A DNA stretch of 64,000 nucleotides, from contig OZ260662.1 of the NCBI GenBank assembly GCA_965285935.1, positions 63,302,001-63,366,000 of the forward strand. The letters run 5' to 3'. This stretch comes from Ophelia neglecta (lineage: Eukaryota). Made by a program: the position numbers and the translations under genes. Below the pieces are notes generated by a model. The model was not told the origin of the DNA. It made no database searches and saw only the letters and a list, made by a program, of their open reading frames with translations. Shown in pieces: positions 38,701 through 52,596 of this stretch; position 1 is the first letter of the stretch; every line of letters starts with the position of its first letter.

Positions 38701-40091
38701 AGACAAAAAAGGGGTAAGTATATTTCTGGTAGGGGGTGGAGTAGTAGTTGTGTAATGTACTTAGCAGGTTATCAGATGGAGAGGCCTCAGCCCTTGGCAG
38801 ATGCTGCACTTACACAAACAGACCTTGGCAAAATGTGGTGACAAAAACTACTATTGTTCCCCTAATGTCACCCGCTCGATGCCTGTAGAGACATCCCCGC
38901 CTGTCACAGACAAAAAACTGGCAGTTTCAGTTTATTTAAAGAAGGTTGAAGCTGTCTAGTTAGATTATAGCGATATCTACCTGGGTCTAATGCCTGATCA
39001 AGTGGGCTATCTGCAGTCAAGTTTTAAACTTCAACAAAATATCACTAACATATCACATATAATGCCAGACGCAGGGATTACTGGCTTGAAATGAAATCCT
39101 AGCCAAAAAAGGGTTAAAAATGAATGAACTCAATTCAGATGTAACAAAAAGTTCTGAAAGGAAGTATGTAGGTAATCAAAAATTAAAAACTCAGAATATA
39201 GAGCCAGATAAATTGCTGTGACTTTGAACAGATATAACAGTTGGTGATGACTTATTTAAAAATATCTAAATATATTATCTTAAGTTGATTATCTTTGGTT
39301 TATAACACATTGTGCTCACCTGATATTTTCTCACAGACACACTTATATTTTGTCCCTGGGATCCATTATCTAGTTTCAGTTGTTTTTGATCTGATCTCAT
39401 TTATTATAAGATAACAAGTTAAAGGTAGCTGATAGTAATTGACACTAATATAACATTACAAGAATTACATTCTATATATGCATTTGAATAGTTTTTTCTT
39501 CAAAGAATAAACTCCAACTGGCACTTGGATTCCCCAAGTTTAAACAATATAAGACTAGTTATAGATGAAGATTGAATTACTAATACAGACACAATTACAT
39601 TTAGCGATAATTCCCTCCAAGCACAATAAAATTGGTGTGGATATGTTGGAAATTTCCTTGATGAAAGATGAAGTCCATGTGTTGTACAACACTTGCACAC
39701 TCTTTCCTGTCTTAAACAGACAAACTCGACTTGTAAACAGACCTACATTGGCCAGAGCCCAGCCACTTTGTTCTGGGAGCCATTTTCAGCTTAATTGGAA
39801 AACAGAAAACTGCCAATGTCAAAAATCAGCCAAATAAACTGTGCTCAAGTCTCAGGAAATGACTCACTAACTATATATAGAACCTTAAAGTCACGAGTTT
39901 TGAAATTTCTTTAATAAGTTTGGAAAAATAAATTGCTAGCTGTTCATATTTTTGAGTTTTCGACACATACATGTAAATAAGCTACTGTGGGATGACAATA
40001 TGTCCCATTCTATGACTCTTGCCAAAGAAAAGACATTTCATTTTGTGGTGACTGTTTTATTCACCTCTGACAGAGGGATTACTGAGGCTGG

Positions 40092-40152
40092 TGAGATATG
40101 AGTTGGCTGAGATATGACTTGAGATATATGAGTCGGGTGAGATATGACTTGG
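40092..40152. repeat. Short tandem duplication built of TGAGATATGA motifs
   Basis: tgagatatgagttggc-tgagatatgact-tgagatatatgagtcggg-tgagatatgact. Confidence 0.75.
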
Positions 40153-42818
40153 GTGAACACAGACCCTGTGGTCTGTGCTTTATGACAAAATGATGATAAA
40201 ATGGATGCTAAGCCCTTTGACGATAAATCTATGTAAATTAATGACCATGATGATATGCTGTTCGAAAATGACAAGACAGAAGCATGCACTTGATTCCATG
40301 GCTTTGATCAGATAAATAGCTGCTTTAATGAGCATCATAATTAATACAGCTTTTAATTAGTGCCACCATAATGTGATATATGGGTTGTTAGTGTGCTTTA
40401 TGGGTGAGTATTAGAGATGCCAAGATAAGACAAGAAGGTCCCAGTCTGCTGCTGTGTGTCTTGTAGGAGGATGTGTTCTGTCAGAGGCACCTGCTCGTTA
40501 GTCTAATTAACAGATTATTGTGATTATCTCATAAAATGTTCTGGCGGGTCTGACTAGGTAATCTAGGATTCCATGCCTTCCTAGAAGAAAGTGGTGATAA
40601 CACATGTGTTTGAAATCAGGTAGACCAACCATTTCCTTGATAAGTTAATAAAGCCACTTTCCTACAACCAATTAACTTTTTAAATCACATAGGAAACAAG
40701 AGAAAAAATGGCCAACCAAGTAAAGAAGAGCAAGAAAATACCCTTTTTTAAATATTATATACAAATAACTTTAATGCATTCTTTAAGCTAACTATTTCCT
40801 TCATAGATTAATCTCCATTGAGACAGCGGACTTGTTGTTAATAGCTGTGGCAGATGAGGGTGCAATCAGTTGATAGCCTGGTGGTGATACCCCCAGTGGG
40901 GCTGATGATCCTCCCCCCTCATTATTTCTATTGGCCTCTGCCTGCTCACACAGTGACATACTGATGGTGTTTACCTCTCCACAGGGGGGGAGATGACTTA
41001 ATTAATCAGCCAGATTCACCACATTGACTTTGTGGTGATCTTGTACAGACCATATAGCACACACATATATAACACAGGCTGACACCAGCATTAAATGGCA
41101 CTCAAACAGAGGCAGGCAGAATTACTCAGTTTTTTGAGGTATACTTGAAGATATATTTATAGTTTTCTTCTTGAAGACACCCTAATTTTTCACAGATAAT
41201 ATGCAATTAAAAAGAGACTATTAATAAATTACTTTTACTATTTTTTTTATCTCAACTGTTGAATAACCAATAGTCACCAAACTTATATGTTGATTTATGA
41301 GTTGGGCAAAACAAAGTCATTAAGTTTTAAGTTTAAGAATCATTGAAGAAATGTTTTAATGATATATTGAGTTAGAAGACAAGGGCTGGGCACTGAGGTT
41401 TAACTCCAGTTTGGTGTGGGACACTGAGATTTGACCCCTGGGGGTGGAACACCCTGTAAAGGATGTTCATGATTCTTTATTAGTGCACTTGTCAAGTTGC
41501 CATGCTATAAGTTTTGTCTGAAGGAAATGAGGGGTTTCAATTTCATATTCAGTTACCATTGAAATAATCCCAGATAAGATTGAATGGATCAAACTTAATA
41601 ACAACCTCACCATACTAGGTCTTGAAGGGAACTGTTTATAACTAGCTATCAAAACTAAATCCATGCTACTTAACAGAACCAAAATCAAGAAACCCAAGAT
41701 AGCTTCCTTATCATTGTATAACTGATTTTATTTAGAAGAAAAATGGTGGTACAATAGCTTTCTTTTAATATGTTGGTGAACTTGTTGAATATTCAAACTG
41801 TGTGTACAATGTGCCAGTTAATATGGAGTAGGTATGGGACAAGCAAGTTTTCGGACTTGGGTTTTGTCAATGGCTGACTGTGTAAGTGAATCTCTACTAT
41901 GGGCACTCTATCATCGCGCTATCAGAGCAGTCGAGAGGCAGAGGAAAGCACCACTTTTACCAAGATGTATCACTCCGACTCCCCTCCATATAATGCACTT
42001 TAGATGTTACTCTAATATCAGAAATTATCTCTACCTCCCAAATTACGCATTCCTCTCGTGTAGGATATCCACATGCGGCTGACATTTTAATTGAGAAAAA
42101 CGCCTTGGATTACAGATCAGAGTGGCATTAGCTCTATCCTCTGTCTCTTCTAGCCATAACCAGCATGCATCTTTATTATGCCAATAATTTGCCTCCAAAG
42201 GCATTTGAAAAAAGTGGGTAATGGCAGGGAGTCCTCTAGAGATTTGATTGAGATGGTACCAGATAGGGCTAGTGTCTGCCTGGGAATGATAGGGTTGGCA
42301 CAGGGCGAGGATGAAGTGTTTCAGTGACAAGTTAAAGCCATCTCACTTGTCTAACAAGATAACTAGACTTGATCAAGATTGTGTCAGGAACAGACTGCTT
42401 TTTAAAGCTTTGTTTGAAGTTTGTTGTGATGCTGAGGGGAGCAGAAAACAATGAGTGTGTAAGATACATGTACATGTACATGTGTATGTCTTAAATCCAC
42501 CAATTTCAGAGTTTTACTTCCACAATTGATGAATGCTTTCGTTTTGTGGAAAAAAAGACATGGTCTTTACTTATGGGTGTTGAAGGAGGGTGAGGTAGAG
42601 AGAAGTCGGTAAAAATTCTTTGTATAGGGGTCAAAAAGGTTTCACTTTCTTGGAGCCATATTTCCCCATTGTCACACTTGGCTAGGCTCCATATGCAGTA
42701 CCTATATCCTTTAAAAAGCCTTGTGCTTTTGCCCTACACTTTTCTTTATTTGCGTGATTTGCTCCAGGCAGTTCTTTCTACACAATTCTTCCGAAGCACC
42801 TTTCATTCTTCATGCAAG

Positions 42819-42875
42819 TGGGGGGGGGGGTAGGGAGAGAAGGGGGGGAGGAGGGGGAGGAGGGGGGGGGGAGGA
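42819..42875 (+). repeat. G-rich low-complexity tract (G-quadruplex-capable)
   Basis: Several G runs of 3-12 nt separated by short A/T linkers. Confidence 0.8.
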
Positions 42876-44799
42876 GCTGAGGGCTGAGGGTTTAGGTGTG
42901 CCTGACCATTAACTATCCCTTACCTTATAATCTTTAGCTAGCAGTACATATTCACTGAATACAGTAGACTCATATCCCTAGCCATAGGCTGGGACGGTCA
43001 TGTATTGATCATTTTAATTATAACTTAAATCATGTGACATACTTTTGATAGCTGATCTTGTACACATGATGTGTTTCCAGCAGATCCTAGGACACTCAGC
43101 CATGTACCTTCTGATTGAGTTGCCAATACTCTGTGTGAAAGCTTCGATTTGGGATCATCAGAGCAGACAATGTGCTATGGCCAGGTATTGTCCGTCAGAG
43201 GATCTGCTTTTATTCCATACAGGGAGCAATCATTACTTGTCCAAGACTGCTCTCATTTATTTATTTGACCATACATGCTGTGATAACAATACTGTGTAGG
43301 AGCCATCCTCTGTAGAAATGGACAATAACCATTATGATTCCTGTACCATTGATCTGGGAAAGCTGGCTGGTATCAAAAGAAATAGATTCTTACTGAAAAT
43401 ATCAGTTACCTGTTAAAATCAGCATTGTCTTTATAAAGTGGTTAGATGAAACTCGGCACCCTAGCTAGAGGCAATATCAGTTGAAATGATCTTTGTTACT
43501 TTAGAAAAACCATGAGTTTATTGACCTCAGTTCATTTGTACCTCATCAAAAGTTGGCAGAAATACCTTTAGGCTGTGTTCTAGTCAACTCCAAGTCTATT
43601 CTGCCAAATCTACTTTGTGATAAATTCAGCCAGAGAGATAGTAGGCAGTGGTACGAGGCTCCCCACCTATCAGGCTCTGACACAGCTTGAAGAATCCAAT
43701 TCGTCTGACAATGCTTTTCTTGTCACTAGATTATAAGCACCAATGTTGAAGGTAAAACTGATACCAGAACATTTCAAAACTGATGGGATTTTATCACAGA
43801 CATTTACCAGAAAACTCCGAATTCCTTGCTGGTAATGCCGATGTCATGTAGCAACTATTACACAAGAAATTTGATTCAGCGGGCATGATCCCTTAAGTAA
43901 AGCATCCTTCTTCCACTTGGATAAAATCTGGAAGGGAGTGGCTTTTAAGATAAGTCAAATCCATTGTTTGAATCCTTTGCCCTGCAGTAACTTTTTGTAG
44001 AATTCATTTTGCCACAATTGAGTTGGTAGGTATAGGGAGAATGTAGCAGTGGTGGGATGAGTGGGTGGGTTAATGGCTGACTGGAAGATGAGGGGTCTGG
44101 AGAGCTTCTCTCTCTGCCCCTCTAAGTCCTACTCCAATGGGGAGAGCCACTTCTTTACCTTGGATGGCACAGACTTGACATTTAGGTCACAAATGAGACT
44201 AATCTAACCAAATTTACTGTCGTTATGGAGAAATTTCCTAAATAGGTTTCTATCAGGGTGGATTTGAGAGTCCTTGACTGATGCACTAGGTGCTGCCGAT
44301 GCCATCAGAGGTGCTTTCGGGAGCGCTCAAAAGATCATTACCAGATAAATGTTCAATGCCTCCATGAACCTTTATTGCAAGAAGAGGAGCTAGGCAAAGA
44401 AGTGCAGCCATTCACATCAAATCTTCCTAATTTAGTTATTTAATCAAATTTAGGCATTGAAGTTTAGCTTCATTGGTGCCATGTTCAATTTTTGATGCTT
44501 TCTCCTAATGGCAGAAGGGGTTAGTGCCTTCACACGCAAGCTCCTCTGAAGAAGGGAAAGCCTCTCTGTCTAGTGGCCTTTAGCTTTCACCTAGGTGTGC
44601 ACCATCGTAATTAATTTTCAAAGCTGTGATATTCTGTGGGGATTTGGGGCTCCTTATGATGATGTCAATGAAGTGATATTGATGCTGCCATCCAATAAAG
44701 ATGGAATACCAAGACCCATTTTGTGGCACTCCTTCATTGTGCCTCAGAGAATAGTTAATCTCATAGTGTGTAAATAATAATGCTTGCAGACACTGGGTT

Positions 44800-45130
44800 T
44801 ATACAGATTGACAAGTTAATTGCAAAGGCATCAGGGAGTTGCTCCTTGTTCGATGCACGAAAGATCTTGGTGGCAGACTGTGGCGAGTTTGTGTTATCAC
44901 CTCCCGAGCAGAGGGATTGGTGCATTGATAGATCTGCTGTAATTATTAAAGTATTGTGAAAACATAATGAACAAGGCAAAAGGCAGAATGGATGTGCGTT
45001 GATGCGATCGCCGAGGATTCGACATTGATCCTGCGATTCGTGCGCAGAATCTTGCCATGTCATTTTGTATTGATCACATGTCTGAGTGTGTGGCCGGGTG
45101 CCGTGCTCCAAGGAGTGCCTCCAAGACTGA
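44800..45130. promoter_or_regulatory. CpG-retaining intronic element (candidate enhancer or internal promoter)
   Basis: Dense CpGs (e.g. GTGCGTTGATGCGATCGCCGAGGATTCGACATTGATCCTGCGATTCGTGCGCAG) in an otherwise CpG-poor window, with TAAT and ATTGAT motifs. Confidence 0.4.
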
Positions 45131-48100
45131 CTCAATTCATTTCTGGGCATATGCCTCTCACTGCCCAGCCATCTCCCAGTGCCAAATTAGAGCACTTATT
45201 GAAATCACCAAAATGCCCTGATCTATCATGGGCATCAATTGAGCTCAATTATGAATTTAGTCATTCTCAGTTTGCCGGGATTCCATCCATCTTTCTGTGT
45301 AAATGGCGTTATGATGTGCTGTGTGAGCAGGTCCAATGGGATCTGTGTGGAGTGCTTATGATCAGACATGATATATCATCACTGAAATCACCCTACCACA
45401 ATCCAAGGCTTGCCTGTCGAAGATAGCATGCATCAGGGGACAGGGCTCTCAGGGTCCTAGAACTTCTTTACACAGCTCGTCACTCCTCTCTGCCTCCATC
45501 TGTCACAACCCCTAAATCATAAGAAAACACAACACTGTGTGCGAGCCAATTGGCATGATATTGATAAATTAGTGTAGCACTTTTTATATTTCAATTTTGA
45601 ACACGTATTAATAACATGATTATTTTCTGTAAGCCTACAGAGGTGAGGTCAAATGAACAAATTTTTTAATTTTTTTTTCAGTTAAGATTCAAAATCGTTA
45701 TGGCTACCAGTTTGCAAGTCTGTTAAAATGATGAAAGGTCCATCTAGAAGGCGGCATGTGTATGTCTTTAGACATGCTCTGTAGCCATAGATGCACTTGC
45801 ATATCCAGCTAATTGCCTAGGAATATTAAAATTGGGGAAATTGCATGAGCAGGAGCTGATTCGTCTTGTTAATGACAAGCAGTTCCGCTGTAGGAGACCC
45901 TCCCCCTGCCTCCTGCGGCAGAATGCTACTCTAACTGCACAGATTCAGGGAGGCAGATTGTTAGTCATTGCGCTCTGATCTATTGGCTGATTTTTCGCTA
46001 GTTGATTGTCTGTCAGCCCTTTGCTTGATGGTGTAGTATTTGTAAGTGGCGCACACGCACAATTGGTAAAGCACAGCACAATTTACTATCCAAAGTTGGT
46101 ACAGATCTCACAAGTTACATTAACCGACAGTTGCTGAAACCTGAGCAAGTGTCAACTGGCCAGAAGACATTTGGCAAGGCTCAGAGGGCTTGTCTCACTG
46201 ATTGACCTGTCCAGATTGTCATCAGACATCTGTACTACTTTCCACTTGTAAAGAATTGGCCGGTTGTCCTGATATGTATCATCCACTAGGTTTTTCTCGC
46301 CCCATGCAGCCAGGCGTCAACTTTTTCAACAACAGAAAGGTAGGCATTTTTTTTCTTCTGATGAAAATTCACCAAGAGATTTGTTCTTTATTTTTGTAAA
46401 TATTCTGTAAGCTTTTTCTTTTCGTTGTTTACATACTACACATTATCATACTAACTGAGGTGAATACACTCAAATCAATATTTAAAAATAGTTTACTTTT
46501 TTGTAATTATTATCTTTCATTTTCGTAATGAACAAAATGTAAAATTCAACATAACATTTGTTTGAGTGTACATGTACAGTACATATGGGAGACTGGTGCA
46601 ATATGGGTAATGACTAGCTGACAAACAGGTGGTAATGGAGTAGGGTGAGTGATGGACAGAAACCGGGATTAGTATCTATTTACTATCTGTCAGGACATCC
46701 CCCACAGTGATCTCTTAACATAGTTATCCAGTCAGGGCATTCTAAGCATATTTCATCCACCATTTTCTTAATGAGGACGGTGCATGGTATTGGAACTAGG
46801 TATGTGAATGTAATCATCATGACATCAGTACACTAAGATGAGAAGGTGGTCATATAATAATTTCCTTCTGTGTGAGCGGTGGAGATTGCCCTCCTCAGGT
46901 TTGTCAGAACAAGTGTTCTGGTATGTGATGTGTCAGTGGCCAGTATGATAAGACAACCACCAGGAATCCTATCTCCCAGATAACATCTCCTCATCAGAGA
47001 GTGTCAGCCCTGGGGTAACTCAACCCTCCTCTCCTAATCTGGTGTTAACTACATCACCACTGTATCTGTTACTGTATACCCACTGACTGGTCAACCCACT
47101 ATATAGTGTCTGCTGTTAAACAGAGACATTTACCAGACAGTAGATATAACATTACCCATCTTTTGTATCAGTGCCATACTTGCCCGGCCAGACTAAAACA
47201 TCTCTGTAACATACGATCTGCAACTGCTGGTGTACAATTTAATTATTTTTGCCCTTGCAATCAGAGATATGCATTTAATTCACTATGGCATTGAAGACAG
47301 ATTTCTGTGATATTTGAAAAGCTTAAAAGAAATGAGGGTTTAAAGCCTGTTATATTAGGTTACTTATTGGCGGTGTAGGGTTAAAGGAGGCGCTGGTTGA
47401 CAGGGAAGCTTGACAGAGAATCTCTGTGACTGGCCAAGCCATGCCGAGTCTAACCTGGTTCTTGTCAATTTTAATAGCTGGTCTGGATTCACAGCTTGAC
47501 AAACCATCAGAAGGGGCGTGAAATTTATTGAAATTGTGGTAATACAAGAGGAGCTGTCAGGTTTTACTGTTTGACAACAAATTGTTCTGCTGAAGCATCC
47601 AAGATTTGAGTTGAGATAAGTTGCTTTGTGAAATGTACTGTGCTAAATCCCAGAATGATCTTAGAGGTTAACAAGGGCATAGTCCTGGGCCCTTAGTTAC
47701 TGTATGAACATTGTCTCAAGATCCCCAGTCATGTACATGTAGAGGTTCTATATAATATAAAATGTACCTGCTGTGTACAAGTGTGTACAAAACCAGGATG
47801 GTAGTGTTTTCTTCAATCTAGCCTATTTGATATGGAAAATGTGCTTAGCTCTAGATGCAAAGGCAAACTTTTAGCATACTGTACAGTATTTAATGAAGAA
47901 GTTTGAAAATACATGTTTTTCATCACTTTGTTGAGGCATTTTTATTATGTTTTTGGATCAAAGAAATGGCATTGTTCAGAAACACTATACACTCGTGCAA
48001 AATACCAGAAATGTACCTGTCAAACTGTCCATCAGATATGTATACCATGAACTGCGATAAATAAAAAAATGGAAGAATTCACATTAATTTCAGTTGGCTT

Positions 48101-51100
48101 TTATCTTTAAGATACACATGTAATTATGTTTGTGTTACACATGTATTCATGTGACTGATGTGAGTTGAAGACGTCAATGTTCAAGTAGAGGAGCCGGAGA
48201 AAAAGTTCTGTGATGTGACATATATGGGGTGACTTGAAAAATCATATCTTGTGTGATCTATTGTGCTAATGAACTTGTCTAATATTATGACACAGAGATA
48301 CATAATGTCCTTGCGGAATGAATTTTAGAATATTTCACAGAGTCAGGTGCCGCCCTTGCATTTATCAATAAAACCATACATTTGATCTCATTCAAAGAGG
48401 TGAGAACCATTTTTAAGACACTATCCTTTGTTTTAATTTGAACTGAAGTATGATGCCAAGGATCTGATCACTCTATACCATTTTGTAGTATCTCCTTTCA
48501 GTTGATGTGTTAGCCTCATGCAGCAAGCAAACCTTTGGAGCTCTGGTTTCCCACAAGATTAGTGATTTCCTCTTTGCACTTCCTTTTTAGGAAGTTCAAA
48601 ATCTGTTTTCCTTGATGACAAAATTATCAGTTCTCCTCACACTTTAAAGATGCTTGTAACAGATACTCTTTTTTTAATATACACCAGGTAACTATCCAGG
48701 AGAGTCCTAATGATTCTTAGACTAACACTGTATGCAATATTTTTTCAGTATCGATGAACTACATGACTTGATCTGGGGTATAACTTTCAGACACAATAAC
48801 TTTGTAACCATAAACTGTGTCAGGAAGAGATTTATTTTTTTCGTGTGAAAAGAGTTTCTTGTTTGCCCAGCTCAATAGAGTAAGATTGTGGCTTGTGTGA
48901 GATCCCACAAGGAGAAGGATGCCAGGCGGCTTGGTTTTCAGTACAAACATCCCCAACCTGAAGGTGGTGAAAGCTCTGATACATTATCCACTGATGTCAG
49001 TGAATGATGATGGATCAGGGAGACAATTCTTTTGTGTCTGAGACCACATGGCTGTTGTGTCAGCCATTGATTGTTGAAGACTGCACTTCCAAGATCACGT
49101 CCAGAAAACATTGACGACCCATGTCCATTTCAAGGAATGCTCGGGTGAGAGGACAGTATTTCCGGAGAAGATAGAAGGAAGGTGACAGAGAGCTGGAGGG
49201 CCTCAGACACTTTACAGAAATCAATCTCTGAGTTAACAAGATGGGTCCAATAATGAAAAAGGACTTTCACCAGACAAACACCTTTGATCAAACCATTTAA
49301 ATGTATAAAAAACAAAAACAGAAAAAAGTAACTATATATGTATTTTATGTAATATTATGGGTTACTCATTTGATTTTCTGTAAATTTATTTTAGTTGCTT
49401 CTCATAAATATATGTGGAATGGATAAGTTACCAGACCTTTCATGATTTTACCATTTTATTGGTCTGTATAGTACCCTAGGCCAGAGCCCATTACACTTTG
49501 TAGGACCCTGTATCCTTTTGTCTTGATCATGTGATCTGGGTGTCATCACTGCTGTCAGAGGGTGATCGTGTATTGTGAGGAGATAATTGATTGTCTGAAA
49601 ATTGATTTTATGTGTTAATTATGCCTGTGTTAATTAAGCGCTATGTGGGCGTTAAAAGTTGCTAAGACTTAGAGGAATAGTTACTCTTCAGGGATGTGGT
49701 CAGTATATCAGCTGATGGCAAAATGCAGACTAGTTGTTCTCCTAGAAGTCCCAGACATCCAGACTGTAAAGCCAGCATGTAGATGAGAAGCAAACTATGA
49801 ATGGTGGTCTAAGATACTTCAGCCTTGCCAGTATCAGCCAGGAAAAGCATGATTTTTCCCACAGGCACATGAGAGAAATCAGTGCTTAGACACTGTGCAG
49901 ATTGCTCATGCTTCATAAAACATCCTGTGCATGGATCATTCCTAGAAATGAAATTGTTTGATGGAGATAAGTGGAGTAAAGCATCACTGTGTCAGGTGCT
50001 GGGTAATTGCCTTCCCACTCCATGTTTATCACTGTTATCGCCTGTGCTTTTTGCCCAGATCTGATGTGTTTACTCAGATTTTGATATTTGCGCATCAGGA
50101 CCCTTGTGGAAGAGACAGAAGCCCACAGGATTCGTGTCTGAAGATCTTTCCAAATAGAATCCCAGCAATAAAGGGTTAGGCAGATGGGCCATATCGGAGA
50201 TAGACCCTCCAGTGCAGGTTATTGGCATGATAAACCTTCAAACATCAAACACCCCTCAAGTAGTCCCCAGTCAGATTGTGTCTGGCCTCCTGGCATCAAA
50301 ACCACTCAAGTGGCCCATCTTATGATCAGTCAAACTCAACATCTCATTCTGGCAAATATTAAAAAATAAATGCCATAAAGAAACTCATTTTTGTACTTCT
50401 ATCAGAAAACATAAAATGTCTCTGTGTTTTCAAATTGTTTTTTCATCTGCGAAGAAACAAACAAAATTTTCAGTTTGAAGATTCCTTCATATTGGTATCA
50501 AAATGGTGACTAGACCACTCTTAAGGCTAATATATGGTATGGTGTACACGATATGCACATAAATTGCATTTCGATTGATTTTTTTTATTAAATATGGACT
50601 ATTTTCTTCTAGCATTCTATTCACAATTCAGTTCATTCAGGGCCCTCTACTTAGAGTCACTTCCCATTTGTAAACCATCTGCTAGGAAGTTGACTTTACG
50701 TTATGTGTCCCATCTTGTTGGAGAATGCCCATTTCTCCCACCTGTGGGCTTCCAGTTTCCCAGGATTCTTAAGACAGAAGGCGATTGGCCAAGCAGTTCC
50801 TATTGTCTGCCCATCAGCCAACCAGCCAGGCAAGAGTGGGTAGCAGTAACATCAATCTGTTGTGCTGCTCTCCCCAACAGAGGCTGTAAAAGAACAATGC
50901 TTTAATTGCACTCTGATGAGATAAAATACACTTGTGCCCTGCGGTGGATTCAATCCACTTTCCAGGTTTCTTTTGACTTTGTAAAGCTTCTATTATCTCA
51001 ATTGACACCAGCTTGTTTGGCATTGTCCTTTTTGTGTCTCACGGATAGTTTGGTCAGGTCATAAAAATCACCTTCCACTGTTTACTGGTATTTTCATTGG

Positions 51101-52554
51101 ACAAAATGTTTATTGACATTTATTAGCATTGTTTTTTTTCTCGAGAAAAATATGCCACCTCTGGTGAGAATGGTGTCATGTCAGGAGCCAGTAGTATTGT
51201 TAAATGTATTGTATATGTGACGAGTGAGAAATTAAATAGGTACATGTCATTTATGATGAGTTAAATATAGAGAAAACTATTATTTTAGCTCCCCAATAAA
51301 CATGTCAGTGCATAGCTCATCGTGGAAACAGAACACAACTCCCCTACACAGTGGATAATTATACAAAGGAAACAGGAAAGAATATTTCCGCCAAATAAAT
51401 TTCATTTCTGGTCAGATAACTGGAGTTTTAAATGCGACAGTGCATGCTGGCAGTGATATAAATGCAGGAAACTGCTGACACTGATCAGAATGTGGAACAA
51501 AACCCGGGCTGTGGTCACATGCTGCTTAGCACAACCACTGTCACTTCTAACCTGCACTCCGCAATTGATCAACTGCTGGGATAATTATGTTATTTTGTCT
51601 GAAAACAAAACAGCAGAACAATAGAGCTGCATATTTCTCTGAGTGACTTCATGGTGCAAATCTGTTTCCAATATAGTTAAAGGTGAACCCCGACCTTAGA
51701 GCACGGAAAGAATGCATTTCTGATTCTAGCTTAATTTGCCTTCAGGATGTGTTTTATGTTTTATCTAATGACTCATGATATGTTTCACAATTGTCATGGC
51801 TGTTCATATTTCCTTCCTGACTAACATACCCGGTTCATGCTAATATCTTTATTGTAATCGGTGTGGATTCGCCTCTTGCTTTCACCCATGGAGAGATAGT
51901 GACTTTGAATTTAATTTGTTTTTATTGCCTTTGTTTGTATCACCATAGATCAATTTGCATTGGAATGCTGACTCAGTATTTAGATCTTGGATAATATGAT
52001 CACCACATGGTGAATACCTGTGGCTGTGTCTTGTAGTTCTATTTACACTCAGTCTGATGCATTATCCTTTGGCCCTTTTATGTATCCAAACAGTCAGATC
52101 TATTGAGAGTGCCTCTGTGTGAGGGATTACTGATAGGTCATAATCCTAATGTCACTTACCACACAATGGAACTAACATATCAGAGTGATTGCTGTTTTAT
52201 CCATATTGTCACATGCTAAAAGCTTCTTAGGAATTTCACTTTTATATCTATTATTTAAATTTGACAATGACGCAGTAATTAATGTTTAATGTAAGGTTTA
52301 AATTGGACAAGAGCATTGTGGGATGATGCGATGTGGGAAGCCCTGTCCAGTCACGTACCAGGCAAGGGAATAAATAGCGATATACACCATTGTCCACCAT
52401 TGTCCGATATCCAAGCTGCATACAAACAGACATTACTTAATTTAAGTTAAATAATGAAGTATTAGTATTTATTCGCCAGCTCTGAGACATTACCCCACTC
52501 GATTAACAGACAAATAATATGAGGCATTGTTTGTGAGTTTTGGAGCCTCTGACC

Positions 52555-52596
52555 TGCCTGTGCCTGTGCCCGTGCCCGTGCCTGTGCCCGTGCCTG
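52555..52596. repeat. (TGCCYG)7 hexamer microsatellite
   Basis: tgcctgtgcctgtgcccgtgcccgtgcctgtgcccgtgcctg. Confidence 0.9.

Noticed and set aside
44761-45426. Overlapping 129-aa and 144-aa ORFs
   Set aside because: No recognisable domain; explained by locally higher GC.
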